Assembly: GCA_050613775.1 (NCBI GenBank)
Contig: JBODTK010000100.1
Span: 496,001 to 560,000 of the forward strand
DNA: 64,000 nt
DNA from: Neocallimastix sp. 'constans'
Taxonomy: Eukaryota
Reading direction: 5' to 3'
The notes below the pieces were generated by a model. That model searched no databases, was not told the origin of the DNA, and saw only the letters and a list, made by a program, of their open reading frames with translations. This document shows, in pieces, positions 62,844-64,000 of the stretch; positions within the stretch are counted from its first letter, which is position 1; each line of letters opens with the position of its first letter. The translations under genes were made by a program, and so were the position numbers.

Positions 62844-63634
62844 TAATACAGAATGAACAAATAATACTAATTGTGCTAGAATAATATAAATTATTCTAAC
62901 CTTATAGATTATTCTATTCTATATAATTGGAACTTTCCAATATTCTTCAAATATTACTAAATAGAAATCTTAAGTTAATAAATCACCAATTAACTTATAA
63001 TTCCTTTTTGAATTATCGATCCGATTCCATTATAATGTATTAAAAATCTTTAGCCAAGAATATTGTCCTTGCCCACTTAATATATTAATATTTTATTTCT
63101 TTTGTAATATGTTATATTGAAAATAATCAAATCTATTTAATTAGTTATTAAAATTTTCATTATCAATTTAAATCTATTTTTAATTACTAAATTTAACTAA
63201 ACCACAATAAAATATTCTGTATAATCTCTTTATTTTTATTTTATATATATTAATATTAAACTATTATTAAATAATTAATAATTCAATAATATATAACTAT
63301 TATTTATAACAATAATATTATTAACTAAAATAATAATTCAATTTCAATTTAAATGTTTCATTTATAAAAATAATTAGTAATTAGTTTATTAAAAAAATAG
63401 TTAGGCTTTACAAATTTTAATTTGATAAAAAAATATAAATACATGTAATCTTTAGTGAAATAAAATATAATCAATAACTTACTTTTATTAAATAAATAAT
63501 TATATTATTATTATTATTTTTCTCTTATTAAATTTAAATAAATATTGATTTTAAAACAAATTATTTTTTTTTATTGTAATTTTATTATTTGTGTTAATTA
63601 TTATTATATTCCTAAAACTATATGAACCATACCA
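62844..63634 (+). mobile_element. Solo LTR, family R-like, decayed 5' TG
   Basis: TAATACAGAATGAACAAAT...GAACCATACCA. Confidence 0.78.
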
Positions 63635-63640
63635 TTTTCT

Positions 63641-64000
63641 TGTAATAATTTAATTATAAGATTAATTATAATTAAATTATTAATTGCAACTTAATAATAA
63701 CTTAATAAAAATTATTATTAAATTGAGACAAATATAAAAAAGTTTTATACTTATCTTAATATTGGGAGTTTATTATAACTAATTATAATAAACAATTAGC
63801 AAAAGTAACACAGATTTGTTGTAAGAAGAATATTTTATTTTTATATTTTATTTTTTATTTTAAAATTTATTTTTATTAATAACTATCTTTATCTAAAAAA
63901 AAATATAAATATTTAATATTGTTATTATGTTTGATATATAATAATTGTTATATTATAATCGTTATAATAATAACTCTTGATTTCTCAAAGAGAACTCAAG
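63641..64000 (-). mobile_element. LTR, family K-like, runs off the window
   Basis: TGTAATAATTTAATT start; ATAATAACTCTTGATTTCTCAAAGAG motif. Confidence 0.85.

Noticed and set aside
7913..64000. True CRISPR array or integron cassette array
   Set aside because: Units are LTRs of roughly 0.4-1.2 kb or full retrotransposons with TSDs, and there are no cas or tyrosine recombinase genes. The CRISPR comparison is only an analogy.

Overview
Extremely AT-rich eukaryotic DNA. An anaerobic gut fungus (Neocallimastigomycota) is my inference from base composition, Asn-rich ORFs and Tf1/sushi-type elements; this is not verified. The only host gene visible is a tRNA-Ser(GCT) at 7816-7897 (-). Nearly everything else is LTR retrotransposon, and it is highly ordered. 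Starting 15 nt upstream of the tRNA and running off the window end are 30 LTR elements or solo LTRs from many families, butted end to end and separated only by 3-7 nt target-site-duplication (TSD) remnants. Three classes occur. Class 1 is tRNA-Ala-primed Ty3/Gypsy with a 4-bp TSD, all in one orientation. Class 2 is Tf1/sushi-like self-priming Gypsy with a 5-bp TSD, in both orientations. Class 3 is seen only as solo LTRs with a 5-bp TSD, always 48-51 nt inside the tRNA-facing end of a host LTR. Full-length elements lie near the tRNA and mostly solo LTRs lie far from it. The best reading is a polarised, tRNA-anchored 'conveyor belt' with two fixed landing sites (about -15 and about -65) that records insertion order. 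Family letters (A-Z) are my own labels, and coordinates were read by eye.
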